Under the pieces are notes generated by a model. The model was not told the DNA's origin. It did no database searches and saw only the letters and a list, made by a program, of their open reading frames with translations. A stretch of DNA of 64,000 bases, taken from Pecten maximus. Lineage: Eukaryota. The stretch is taken from NCBI RefSeq assembly GCF_902652985.1, contig NC_047021.1:16678001-16742000 (forward strand). The letters run 5' to 3'. The position numbers were made by a program, and so were the translations under genes. This document shows positions 41,720-54,247 of this stretch, in pieces; position 1 is the first letter of the stretch, and each line of letters starts with the position of its first letter.

Positions 41720-42610
41720 AACAGTGTTAGAAACAATGAAACACTGGTGACATTACCAAAATGGTGGAAAACATTAAACAGTGTGAGAAACAATGAAACA
41801 CTGGTGACATTACCAAAATGGTGGAAAACATTAAACAGTGTTAGAAACAATGAAACACTGGTGACATTACCAAAATGGTGGAAAACAGTAAAACAGTGGC
41901 GGAAAAAATTATAACGGTTGTCGAAAACATTGAAACAGTGGTCGAAAACGTTAAAGTACTGATGGAAAATATCATAACAGTGCTGGATAACATTAAAACA
42001 GTTGTGGAAAATATTAATACAGTGGTGGAAAATATTAAAACAGTGTTTGGAAACATAAAAACATTGGTGGAAAATATCAAATCAATAGTAGAAAAACATT
42101 AACAAAATGGTGGAAAAAATTAAAAAGGTGATAAAAAACATTAAAACGGTAGTAGAAAACATTAAATCGGTGGTTGAAAACATTAAAACTATGATGGAAA
42201 ACATTGAAATAATGATGGAAAACATTGAAACAGTTGTTAAAAACATTAAAAGAGAGCTGAAAACATTAAAACAATGGTGGAAAACATCAACACAATGGTG
42301 GAAAACATCAAAACAATGGTGGAAAACATTTAAACAGTGGACGAAAATATTAAAACAATATTGGGAAGCATTCAAACAATGATGAAAAAAACTAAAACAG
42401 TGTTGGAATCATTAAACATTAAAACAATGGTGGAATCATTAAACATTAAAACAGTGTTGGAAAGCATTAAAACAGTGTTGGAATCATTAAAAAAAGTAGT
42501 AGAAAACATTAAAACAGTGACTAAAAGCATTGAAGCATTGGTTGAAAACATTACAACGGCGGAGGAACGCATTAAAACAGTGGGAGAAAACAATGGTAAA
42601 CTAGAAATTG
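41720..42610. repeat. Degenerate 21-bp tandem array (starting with 57-bp x3) directly after the gene D stop; resumes at ~43880-44095
   Basis: Unit approximately GTGGTGGAAAACATTAAAACA. Confidence 0.85.
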
Positions 42611-42644
42611 TCATGGACAATTTAACGGGCTTTTCACACCTCTG

Positions 42645-43878
42645 ACAAACTTAAGGGAACATTTACCTTCATGACCTTGAATGTAGGTAAAGGTCATTCA
42701 TTTAAACAAACTTGTTAGATCGTCATTCAAGCATGCTTAAGACCCAATATCAACTCCATGGGCCTCTTGGCTATTCAGAAGACATTTAAAAATTTCGGCC
42801 AATTTGACACCTGTGACCTTGAATGTAGACCAAGGTCATTCCTTTGAACAAACTTTTAAACCTTTACCCAAGCATGTTACTGGCCAAATATCAAATCCTG
42901 GGTCTCTAGGTTTTTGAGAAGACTTCAATTTAAAGATTTATTAATGATTGTGCAATCATGAATTTTTCAAAATGGCGTACCACCTGAACCACCTGAAAAA
43001 CTGAAGGTGCCAAAATCATCAGAATGATATACGGCATTGATCTATGTAAAAACATTTCAAAAATCAAAAAGTTTTAAATTTTGTGACCTTTGACCTCATA
43101 GCTAACTTTATTATCTGACCTCTAACCTTAAACTTTTGGTGAGTAAAGGTTAGCGCCAGGCATTATCTACAAATAACATAATTACGTTGCCTCTGTTAAA
43201 TGAATCCTTTTTGAGTTATAGCCATTTAAAACTTTTCAATACATGACGTCATGGCAGCCATGTTGGATTTTGGACCGACCCCATGATAATAAGACTTGGT
43301 CAGTATCATCTAATAGTCATTTTGTCAAAGTTTGCGCAAAATAGCACCGGTGGAATTTGAGAAGAAACTGAAAATGCGAGCTGTGGCATACCAAATAGAA
43401 CAAAAATATTCAAAATGGCGTAACGCGTTAACGACAAATGTTACCGAAAAAATTAAACATATCAAAATCATCAGAATGACCTACTGCATCATACTATGAA
43501 TTTTGTTTTGAAAAAAAATTGAAAAATGAAGATTTTTTTTAAAATAGACAAACTTGACCCCTGGCGAGCTTTTTTATTTTACCTCTGACCTTTAATTTGT
43601 AATTATATAAAAGCTAGCCCCAGTACGAATGCACCATAACATTATAACATTACCTTTGTTTTTTTAAATACTTTTTGAGTAATGGTCATTTTTAACTTTT
43701 TAGGAATGACGTTATGGCGGCCATATTGGATTCTTGACCGACTTTTAAAACGTTTTTGACACATGTTTATACCTTGGCCAACAACATGCGTGAAAGACAA
43801 TTAGCCTAATATTTACCAATCAAAATATTAATACCCTACAAAAACGGCAGAAGAATAATAAGAATAAGAATAAGACCA
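42645..43878. mobile_element. Composite non-autonomous repeat (HINE-like) inserted in the 21-bp array
   Basis: Tandem TGACCTTGAATGTAG..AAGGTCATTC cores (42672, 42814), duplicated AAAATGGCG..AAAATCATCAGAATGA..ATGGC.GCCAT.TTGGATT blocks, terminal (AATAAG)n. Confidence 0.45.
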
Positions 43879-44097
43879 TTGGTGAAAAGCCCTAAAAATC
43901 AAAACGGTAGCGGAAAACATTAAAACAGTGTTTTGAAACATCAAAATAGTGGTAGAAATGATTAGAAATGGTGGTTATCAACATTAAAACAATTGTGGAA
44001 AACATTTAATAATTTGTGGAAAACAGTACAACAGTGTTTGAAAACGTTGTGAGTAGTAGGGAAAACATTGAAAGAGTGGTGGAAATCGGTTTTGGAA

Positions 44098-44910
44098 TAT
44101 AAATTAGAGAAAAATACATTAATTACTATGTATAAAGCATTCATCAGACCAATACTAGAATATGCCGATGTTGTCCTGGACAACCAGTAATAATTCATGT
44201 AAGCAATTAATCAAATCAGTTCAAATAGAAGCTGCAAGGATTGTTACAGGGCTTTGGAAAGGAACATCCCAAAACACACTTTACAAAGAACTAGGATGGG
44301 AAACTCTTGAAAACCGCCATAAAAACATAAACTTACATTAATGTACCAAATATTACATAATACTACACCCCAATACCTAAGTGATATTGTCAATCAATAC
44401 ATAAATGATACTGAAAACTCTTAATCTTCGTAGACAACGATTGTTTAATCCTCCTTTATGTAGATCTGACAGTTACTTTACCAGTTTTTTCCCCAACAAT
44501 GCTGCGTGAATTTAATTCCTTGGACTCTGAAATCCTAAACTCGCCTTCTTTGAGTAATTAAAAACCGTATTTCTCCCTTCAACATAGAACATATTCATAC
44601 TGATGTATTTAAAAAAAACGGGGGAAACAGGAAAGAAAATATTATACTTTGTCAACTTCGAAATAATGCAAGCAACTTAAATTTTGACAGACATAAAGCC
44701 CATCTGGTAGATTCATCATTACGTAGATGTAACAGAGGTGATGAAACGTAATATCACTACTTTAATGCTATCAATATGAACAATTAAGGCAGCAATTAAG
44801 GGATAAAATAAACAATTCACAACAGTTTACTCTGAAAGTACTGATTCCATTCTGGAATCTGTTCAAGAATGTATTACAGATCAAAAACGTTTTGAATAAT
44901 AATAATATTA
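44098..44910 (+). mobile_element. 5'-truncated CR1-type LINE, degenerate
   Basis: TLITMYKAFIRPILEYADVVLDN..VQIEAARIVTG..LYKELGWETLENR with stops and frameshifts; (AAT)n tail. Confidence 0.85.
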
Positions 44911-45829
44911 TGAGAAATTTTCTGACCTTTTAACGCTCTAATGCTTTTAATGCATTTTTGTAATGTATTGACATTGTACCAGCAAATTAATGGATTAATT
45001 GATTTATGTACATCATGTATGTCTAAATTTAATTAATTCACTATTGCATTATTTATACACGATAATATTCACTTATAAATTTTTATTTTGTTAATTAACA
45101 ACATAATATTTATGAAAGCTTTGTTGGAGTTTTTGGGAAACCGGTCTGAATCTAACACACCTGGGTGGAAGGCTAGAGAAGGAGGAGTTAATGGACATGT
45201 AAGCTAGAACCACTTGTGTTGATAGATTCATGACTTGATGCCATTAAAACACTCCAACAATACATGTAGTTACATGTAATACCTCTTAGAAATTTTAATA
45301 ATAAAATACATGTAGTATCTACTTTTGGATATACCTACTGCAAATCTAAATGAAGTCATGTCCTCCCTTTAACAAATAACAACTTATCAGTACAAAAATG
45401 ACATCCCTATATTGACCAATCTATATCGGGATGAACATTAAAAGTGTACCATGTTACACTTTTAAACGGTACACATTTGACTGATTGTTATGCCATTGAT
45501 GTATCGCGCAACAACATTCTTATTAGACTTCCTTTGCTCTTAAAAGTGCACCGTATCTGACGGCCAAGAATGGCCACGGGACACATTTAATCACAAAATG
45601 ATAAACGTTTCGTATTCAAATGTGTCTCTTACAAAAAGTAAATAAAATGTGTAACATATGTATAGCCAGCCGGTACAGTTTTGAACAAAAAATGATTTAA
45701 ATGTGTACCATAGCCGGCCGGTACAATTTTGAACAAAAAAATGATTTAAATGTGTACTATAGCCGGTCGGTACAATTTTGAACAAAAAGTAATTCAATGG
45801 ATAGTAAAACAAGTCAGAATGATGATTTC

Positions 45830-46350
45830 ATAAAGAATGATCGTTTAGACAATTTATTAAATACGTTGAAGTCCATTCCAAACATTACTTTACGGGCTCG
45901 ATGTAGCGAGGATACGACTGTTCATTTGGTAGAAAACTATTAGATCTTTGTAAAAACAAGTAGGCGGCTAAGAATTCTAAATAAAAGGCATTTAGATGAT
46001 TATAATGGTAGTGTAGCTTTTTAATAGTTTGGGTTCTAGTCTGAAAGGTCATTTACTTGTTAATGAGTCGAAACATGTTTGTATATCCAAATTTAAAAGC
46101 GGAGGATTTAATAAGTTCTCAGATCATTCGCCATTCATTTCTAATATTATATCTAACTTATGTAATATTGTTAATGTAAACGAGGTATCTGGTTCGAGTG
46201 AGTTAAAATTCAATGGAATAAAGACAATTAAGATATTATAAAGGAAGAGTTACGTTTAAATCTATTAGAAGTGATTTGTAATGCCGATGATGTAGCAGTA
46301 GATACAGTTGTTCGTCAGTTTACTGAACAATTTAATCATGTGCGTAATTA
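45830..46350 (+). mobile_element. Degenerate LINE endonuclease-region fragment
   Basis: R.SED..V..FGRKLLDLCKN..LRILN.R and FSDHSP motifs across broken frames. Confidence 0.55.
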
Positions 46351-46854
46351 ATTTGGTGTACATAATTTATGTAGGCTATTTACCTAGTTTGATAATTCGG
46401 TTATTGCGTTTTGCTATCGCTCAATTTAGTGCTAGAAGCTTATAAAAGGTCAACAGGTGAACACGTGTTGATAAGAATAGTATTTCATCCATAATTTGAA
46501 AGTCTGTTGTTTACGATGGTTTGACGGTACCAGTTCATCTGTCACTAACTAGGGCGTTATGTATGCCTTTCTGTTTTCGTTTCGACTTACTCGATTCCAG
46601 AATGTCTGGGATCGGATTCAAAATTAGGTGACAGTTCTAGTCATTTCGGGTCATCCATCAAAGTCCATGACATTCCACAAACACGTGAGCATTTTGTATA
46701 AATACTGGAGGGGTACAACACCCGCGGCACTTCGGTCAGAACCATCATACTAGATCTGCTGCTAGTCTAGTAGTCTGTTAGTCGAAGAGGCTTGGGGTTA
46801 CCTTTCAGGACAGGAGAGAGAAGATAGAGAACAAATACATGGATTATACCAGGA

Positions 46855-47060
46855 AATACCAGGATACAGTGCATTTTTTCTTTCAATGTTCTTTATATTC
46901 CAATTCAAGACATCATATTACATCCATTTATAATTTGTTAGGTTATGTAAATCTTCACTCTTTAGTATCTGGTATCCTCAATGCACCTGATCATTTAAAT
47001 AATTCTATTCTTAATCATGTTAATCTATATATTAAATCTTCAAAGCGTTTTTCTATGTAA
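46855..47060 (+). mobile_element. LINE 3' end fragment
   Basis: DTVHFFFQCSLY..ILNHVNLYIKSSKRF, typical C-terminus of CR1-type ORF2. Confidence 0.65.
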
Positions 47061-48139
47061 CATGATAAACTACATGTAATAAAGATACAGTCATTATGCA
47101 TATAATATTTGCAGCAAGTTTCTTATTCTTATTACTGTACATTATACCATTCTAGTACAAATGTGTGAATGAATTTGCTAATTTTCATTTTTGGGTCTGG
47201 CATTGATATGTTATGTTTCCACTCAACTATTTACCAATTCTATTTTGGAGAATTATTCCATTAATTGAAATTATCTCCCTTATATATAAGACAAGAGAGA
47301 AATTTTAGTTTTGGCATTTAATGAAACTAAAAAATACAATACAAAAAGCCCTTTCACCCCAGATCGAAATATAGAGTCACATTAAAGCTCATTCATGATA
47401 AATCGCTATGAATTCTGAACAGGGTGAAAGGGCTACAAATATGAGAATAATTTAATTTACATATGAGCCCTATAAAGCAGACAATCAATAAATTAAATGT
47501 GTTATATTAATTAAGCACATCAAACATACTATACAAGTTTCCACTCTCGCACAAATAGCACCAAATACTAATATTACATACAATAGATAAGCAAAAGTTC
47601 TCTAAATTTTATATTAAACCTATGTGAAGACAATAAATTAAAGATAATTTAACATGCTTCAAGGGAGGGTGGTTGGGTTTTTGAAGATTTCTGACCAAAT
47701 ATCAGTACATCCCGACACCTCAGGATTCTAAAATGGAGTGACCCAAGCTACAAAGAAAAAACAAGAGAAAAGTCGCCCAATAGGACTGACCAATGAAATT
47801 TCAAGGCTAATAAGGGGTCACCCCACAGACAGGTCAAGCACGTGCCAAAACTGGAAATTGAAACTGGAGGTGTGAACATATACAGGGAGGTAATTAAACA
47901 TTTTGGAACAAATATCCAAACTATTTCTATTTTTGATATAACTAATACTATACTACCATCTATTCAGTAAGCAATATTGCTTTTTAGCAATATATCATTA
48001 ATTTAGTATCTAAATATGGAACATAGCATCTTTCTGCCAGATCCAACCGGATTTCTTCAGAAGAAGACTTATATAGGCTTAGCCTGTTGTCTCATTCTTT
48101 TGACAATACCGTATTTTATATGTGTATTGTTAATAAAAT

Positions 48140-48610
48140 ATTTTGAAATCGAAAAAACAAATACATGATCACCGAGGAACCACTATACAATGTATACAAA
48201 AGCTAACAGCAATCCAATATAGACGTCCGGCAAAATCGGAATCCGCTTTTCTTTTCTCGCTAAGTTCCAGCGAATCATTTCCTTTCCTAAGGACACACTC
48301 GAGTGTTGCCGATTCCACTCACCTTTACGTCTTTTTTTGGCAGAATCAGTCTGCGTTTTTCCAGGTCCACGCTTTCGGCGTTCCGCCATTTTGTATGGAC
48401 TGCAACACCCGCTGTTGCATTGTTGGACTAATTTTCAGAGAAACTTGGTCCGGCAGCCACAGTTATTATTTATGGGAATTCCCCATATACTTTCATAAAT
48501 ACACATTTTCTTTCTGTGTCTGATTCACGATAGTCTGTTAGGTATGCATCAAGTCCGAAAACTGTAAAAAGCTCAAAATGTAAACATTGATATATGTTTC
48601 TTCGGGAGTA
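48140..48610 (+). repeat. Dispersed repeat (copy of ~36400-36865)
   Basis: Colinear similarity to the 36.4-kb copy. Confidence 0.75.
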
Positions 48611-49589
48611 TGTGGCTTTAAGTGAAGTATAGAGCTTATAAAAACGGCTTTGTGGAGGTCTTATCAATGTAAATCCAGGCAAATCACAATGAAATTATTG
48701 CCAAGAACAAATGTTACAAGAGAATTTAAAATAGACTAAAATAAGAATACAAGAAACATAGATGTTATTTGATGAAATTTCCAAGAAAACATAATCTGAA
48801 AAGTTTTATAAACTTTTTAAAAGAAAGAAAAACTATTAAACCAATTGTATATAATAACAAATGAAGAGTTTTTACAAGAATGTGACGAAAATAGTGATGC
48901 AATATCGCTGTAATATGGTTGAAACAGAGGTTAAAATGTAGTAAATAATCTTAACCATAACAAGGCATGTGAATTAGATGGTTTGTATAATGAAATGTTT
49001 ATTTCAATAATAGCTCACCACCATATAGATAATAGCGTATCGCCTCCGGCAGCCCATAATTTGCATAACAAAAATGAAAATAAATATCCCGTGAGAGGAC
49101 CCTTAATGCCCGATACGAACGCACCGCGCATGACCCAAAACCGCACTTCCGCTTATGGCAGCCATCATCCCAGAAGGATTTTGACGACAGCTCGTTTTCC
49201 CAGGGTTTTTGTTGCATTTAATTAGTTTTTCTTTTGCTTTGCTTTCGTAATTTGTTATTCTCATCTTTGTTGACAAGTTTTTCATTTTCGTTTGAACTGT
49301 CAGTCCGTTTGTGTGTCGTATTTCGTCTTTTTTGTCGAGTGGTTACTGCACACGTGGACTGTCTCGCTACGGTACCGCGGTCTAGTAGACCACTTCGGTG
49401 TCTATTTTTCTCGCTTTATTTGCTACCGTTTTGCTTTTGTCAACTCAGTTGTTTTATTTCTTTTTCATTTTGTACTTTTCTGTACTTATTTCCAGTTTAC
49501 GGGACGTTTTTCCGTAATTTTATCGGTGGATTTTTCTTCCGTTTTTTGGCTGGATTTTCTCGTTTGCTGGAAGCTGCCCGCCTAGCAGA

Positions 49590-52119
49590 ATGCGAGGTAA
49601 GAGACTTACTTCGGGTCCAAAAACTCGGTCAGGAGACTGCGGTCATGTCATCCTCGATGGGGATGACCATGACACCTGTTCTACCTGCCGAGGCTGCTCC
49701 CGGGACAACATGTGTTCCGTCTGTTTGACATGGTCAAACACTTTGTGGGACAGGGTGTTGTCCCATCAGTCTGTCGCCCGTAATAAGGGTGCTAAGTCTG
49801 GGGCAGACAGTAAACGTCAACCTAAAGTCCAGTGTGGTGCTGTTGTCAGCCTCCCACCTGGCAGTGAGGCATTTTTACCCCCTGAAGGGGAAGTAATTTT
49901 GTCTCACAGTGGTAGGCACTCTTTGGCTACAGAGGGGCCTATTCACACACATATTTCTGAGGCGGTAGGGCCTTTGGGTTCTATCGGTCATCAGAAGGGC
50001 ACTCACCCGGGAATCTCCTTGGAGGTCGAAGGGAGCGAGTGTCCAGGTACCATCTCCGTTAGCGGAATGGTTACCGAACAGGCCAGTCATGCGACCCGGG
50101 CCCCATTGAGGGGTGCCGGCGTACCCACTGACAGTAGGCCGGCTGGTACTGCCAGTTTTTACGGTGGTTCTGGAGAGGCTGCACTAGGAGCTGGGAGTGT
50201 CTCTGTTTCACTCCCAGGCATTGGTTTACCGTATTTTGAGTCTGGTTTGGGTTCCGGGGTTATGCACCCGTCGGTTCCTAGGTCTGCCTTGCCTCTATCT
50301 GGTCCTCCTCCAGTTAAAGCTCCTGGCTCAGTGGGGTTTATGGGTGCTCCAGGGCATCCCCCACCTTATCCCTACCCTCATTCTGCACCCGGGTTAGGTG
50401 GTAGTTTGCAGTCTCCTGGCAATTTTGGCCATTTTCAGCCATATTGGCCAGGCAGGTCTCCAGTAGGGGCAATTCATTTCCTGGTCCTGCGGGTGTCGGA
50501 ATGTTGCCTTCTCCCCAGTATTCTGGCTTCGGTCAACACTGGGGCCCCTCCCAGTCTATGGGATTTCCATACCCTGGGTATGGTCAAACCTTTCCAGGTT
50601 ACACTGGTCAACCTTGGGTTTCCTCAGCTGTCTATAATCAGTCAGGTGTTGAGTTGGGTCCCCCCCCCCCCCCCTTCTCGCTCACGCCCTGTTAAGTCTA
50701 AAAGGGTTCACCGTCCCTCGAAGACATTGGCTGAGACTCCCAGGTCATCGCTTCCCCAGCAGGGTTAAGCGTAAAGTCAACTTCTCTCATCTTAGTGCTG
50801 GCCTTTCTTCTGCTTCTAAGTGTAGGAGAATGGAGGCTCCAGACCAGACTGTGTCTCGGTCAACCTCCAGTTTTGGCCAGTCTCCTCAAACTGATCTTCA
50901 GGAGACTGAGGATATGGATTTTGAGGAGTCCGAGACTGAGGATGTTGGTCAGCTGACTTTGCCTGATGATGGGGACACTCTGTCGTTGGAGGCTGGGTCT
51001 GATGTGGATGCCGAGACTCGCTCATGGCTCCCATCAGTACCTACCGAGGGGTCAGATCATGAGTCTTTTCACTCTGAGGCTGATAACCCCGACTCAGATT
51101 TAGGTCTGGCTGCATCTCAGGCAGAGAGGAATCTTGATTCCTTTCGTAGCCTTCGTTTGGAGGTTGCTTCCCTTTTGGGAGTTGAATTTTGTCCCCCTCC
51201 CTCTGCTTCTAGCCTCCCAGAAAGGACTTCAACTTTAAGTGCCTTTCTTCCCTCGGAGCCAGAAGCTAAGGCATCAGGTAGGTCTTTGGCTGAAGGGACT
51301 ATGGTCTCTTCAGCATTGGCCCAAATTGAAAAGGTTCTGCAGGCCAAAGGTTCTTCTAATAGGAAGCAGGATCTTTCTGGTTTGCTTCTGGGGGTTAGCG
51401 ATATCGAGGGGTTTAGTCCTTCTCGATATTCTGTGCACAATTCCTCAGTTGAACCTACTCCAGCTAAGGTGGATCTTATCTTAGACCATCGCTGGCCTGG
51501 GAGATCAAATGATATTGTTCATTTATCTCCTAAGGAGCATAGTCGCATGGAAAGACTGCTTCGTCTTGCCATTCATGTGCTGGCTTATGCAGATTCTTTT
51601 TCCTCTGCTTTGTTCGTAGCATCTTCTCATTCTGAGGAGAGCCTACCTAACAAGACTAAGCTTCTGGCTGAACTCAGCAAGGCCATGAACCGGGCCCACA
51701 TGGATGGAACCGCGCTCATTTTGGCAGTTCTTGCTGATTTTGTTTTGGCCCGCCGTGCAGCAGTTCTGAAGCCCAGACTAGCTGTAGGTGAGCCATTCAT
51801 TTCCGATCTCATGACTGCTCCCTTGTCTGGCTCAGAAATGTTTGGAGGTATTCTCACCTCTGTCATGGACCGAGTCAACAATGACAAGGCGGCTTCAGCT
51901 AGGCTTGAGAAGCATAGGGCTAAGCCTAAACCTGGCCGGGTGCAGCGTCCAGGTAAGCCTAAGAGGGGTGCTCAGACAACTCAGTCTCAGATTCAGACTC
52001 AGCCTCCTGTAGCTTCGGCTGTTCGAGGTGGGCACTCTTCTCGGGGTCGGGGCAGTCAGAGTCACAGAGGGGGAAGGGGTGGAAAGAAGAATCCCAGCAA
52101 GAAGGGACAGAGTTCCTGA
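49590..52119 (+). CDS. DIRS gag-like ORF1, interrupted by frameshifts
   Basis: N-terminal Cys/His cluster CGHVILDGDDHDTCSTCRGCSRDNMCSVC, Pro/Gly-rich middle, helical core (ADFVLARRAAVL), RG-rich end. Split over ORFs 49590, 50444 and 50830. Confidence 0.8.
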
Positions 52120-54247
52120 CTCTTTCAGGCCCTCGGTTCCTCATTGTCACTTGTCCTCCCCATTAGACGATCCATGGTCAGGTCTCCAGCTTCCAAAGCC
52201 AGATCTGCCCGTCGGGGGTCGTCTATCCTCCTTCCTACCAGAATGGAAGGAGCTCACCAAGGACAAGTGGGCAATTTCGGTGGTTTCCGAGGGTCTAGGT
52301 ATTCCTCTCTTGAAGGATCCTCCTCTGTCTGTGGACCCTATCTTCTTTCCTCCACCAGGCGATGTAGAGAAGGCTCAAGCCCTCTTAGACGAGGTCAATT
52401 CCTTGATAGCCAAGGGTGCTGTGGAGGAGCTTCCAAGGTCACTCTGGACTCCAGGCTTTTACTCCCGGATGTTTCTTGTCAAGAAGAAATCCGGGGCCTG
52501 GCGTCCGATTATAGACCTCAGTGCATTCAACAAGCATGTAGTCTCGCCACACTTCAAAATGGAGACACCTCGAAGTATCTTGACTTCGGTAGCTCCAGGT
52601 ATGTGGGCGACCTCAATCGACCTCAAGGACGCTTATTTCCATATACCGATAAAGAAATCGGTCAGGAAATTCCTGAGATTCACTTCTCAGGGCAGAGTGT
52701 TCCAGTTCAAGGCCATGCCCTTCGGTCTGACCACCGCCCCTTTGGTGTTCACCAAGCTACTTCAGGTGGTTGTGGGCTATTTACACAGTCGCGGAGTAGA
52801 TATCCATATTTATTTCGACGACTCCCTGATGCTGCATATAGACCCAGTCTCTCTGCGTTGCAGCACCAGGTCGGTCTTGACAACTCTTCTACGCCTAGGT
52901 TTTATCCCTTCACGGGAGAAATCCGAGGTTCTTCCATCCAAGGACTTCATTTTCCTGGGAAACCGTTTCCTTACGGATCGGGGCCTCGTTCTTCCTCCTC
53001 AGTCCAAGTTCCAGAAAGCCAAGGAGTTGGTTATTCTGCTCAACAGTCTGGACTATATTCAGGTCAGGTGGTTTCTGAGGCTTCTCGGATTCCTCAATTC
53101 CCTTTCGGATGTCGTACCCCTGGGTCGGCTCCATATTCGCCCTCTTCAGATGTTTCTTCTTTCCAAATGGAAACCTGCATCCCTCGAGTGGGATGCTCGG
53201 ATTCCATTGGAAGCTTCCGTCAAGGCCTCGGCCATGTGGTGGGCTTTGGAGGCCAATGTTTTGAAGGGCGTCTCTCTTCAGAGAGCGTCCCCTACAGTAA
53301 CTCTGTATACGGACGCATCTATGACGGGTTGGGATGCCTACCTCAACGGTCAGTGTCGTTCAGGGGTCTGGCAGGGGGCTCAACTCCAGGAACACATCAA
53401 TGTGCTGGAGATGAGAGCAGTTCTGCTAGCCATTCAGTCCCTACAGCCTCTGCTGCAGGATCAGTCCATTTGTCTGGCTACAGACAATGCTACAGTGGTA
53501 GCTTATTTGGAGAATCAGGGGGGTACAAAGTCTCACAAGCTATGTGCCCTCACTATCAGGATTCTTCTTTGTCAGGATATGGGTCTGTCCCTCTCAGTGA
53601 GGCATCTTCCAGGGCACCTGAATGTTTTAGCAGACACGCTATCCAGATCACGGAGTCCAGTTATCACAGAATGGACCCTGAACAGGTCTATATTCAGGGC
53701 CATCTGCATGGTTTGGGAGACTCCTCTTGTAGATCTGTTTGCCACAGCTCTGAATTTCCAGATTCAGACGTTCGTGTCTCCAGTTCCGGATCCTTTGGCT
53801 TGGGAAGTAGATGCTCTATCCCTGAGCTGGGAGGGTCTTCTGGCATATGCCTTCCCGCCATTCAACCTCCTGGGCAGGGTACTTCACAAGGTCAGGAATC
53901 ACGATTGCTCGGTTCTCCTGATAGCACCTCTGTGGCCCAGACAGCCTTGGTTTCCGGCTCTTCTGGATTTGCTGGTAGATCTCCCCTTGGCCATTCCGGC
54001 CAGGTGGAATCTCCTCAGCCAGCCCAAATCCAGACAGTTTCACCCCAATCCGGAACACCTACACCTTCACGCGTGGAGGCTATCTCGGTCTGTCTCTTGC
54101 AGGCAGGCTTTTCTGCAGAAGTTACCGATGGCATCACAAGATCTATTCGATCTTCCTCATCTGCCATCTATGAGTCCAGATGGTCAGTCTTCTGCAGTTG
54201 GTGTATCAGCAGGAAGATTGATCCACTCGGTGCCTGTATTCAGTTAA
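52028..54247 (+). CDS. DIRS reverse transcriptase - RNase H - DNA adenine methyltransferase-like ORF
   Basis: WRPIIDL, IDLKDAYFHIPI, MPFGLTTAPLVFTK, YFDD; RNase H YTDAS, HINVLE, TDN, NVLADTLSR; MT-like DLFA, AYAFPPF, LIAPLWPRQPWF. Confidence 0.96.
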   Translation: MGTLLGVGAVRVTEGEGVERRIPARRDRVPDSFRPSVPHCHLSSPLDDPWSGLQLPKPDLPVGGRLSSFLPEWKELTKDKWAISVVSEGLGIPLLKDPPLSVDPIFFPPPGDVEKAQALLDEVNSLIAKGAVEELPRSLWTPGFYSRMFLVKKKSGAWRPIIDLSAFNKHVVSPHFKMETPRSILTSVAPGMWATSIDLKDAYFHIPIKKSVRKFLRFTSQGRVFQFKAMPFGLTTAPLVFTKLLQVVVGYLHSRGVDIHIYFDDSLMLHIDPVSLRCSTRSVLTTLLRLGFIPSREKSEVLPSKDFIFLGNRFLTDRGLVLPPQSKFQKAKELVILLNSLDYIQVRWFLRLLGFLNSLSDVVPLGRLHIRPLQMFLLSKWKPASLEWDARIPLEASVKASAMWWALEANVLKGVSLQRASPTVTLYTDASMTGWDAYLNGQCRSGVWQGAQLQEHINVLEMRAVLLAIQSLQPLLQDQSICLATDNATVVAYLENQGGTKSHKLCALTIRILLCQDMGLSLSVRHLPGHLNVLADTLSRSRSPVITEWTLNRSIFRAICMVWETPLVDLFATALNFQIQTFVSPVPDPLAWEVDALSLSWEGLLAYAFPPFNLLGRVLHKVRNHDCSVLLIAPLWPRQPWFPALLDLLVDLPLAIPARWNLLSQPKSRQFHPNPEHLHLHAWRLSRSVSCRQAFLQKLPMASQDLFDLPHLPSMSPDGQSSAVGVSAGRLIHSVPVFS

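Noticed and set aside
41841-42645. Coiled-coil-like ORFs (VVENIKT)n
   Set aside because: Products of the 21-bp tandem array downstream of the gene D stop, broken by frameshifts.
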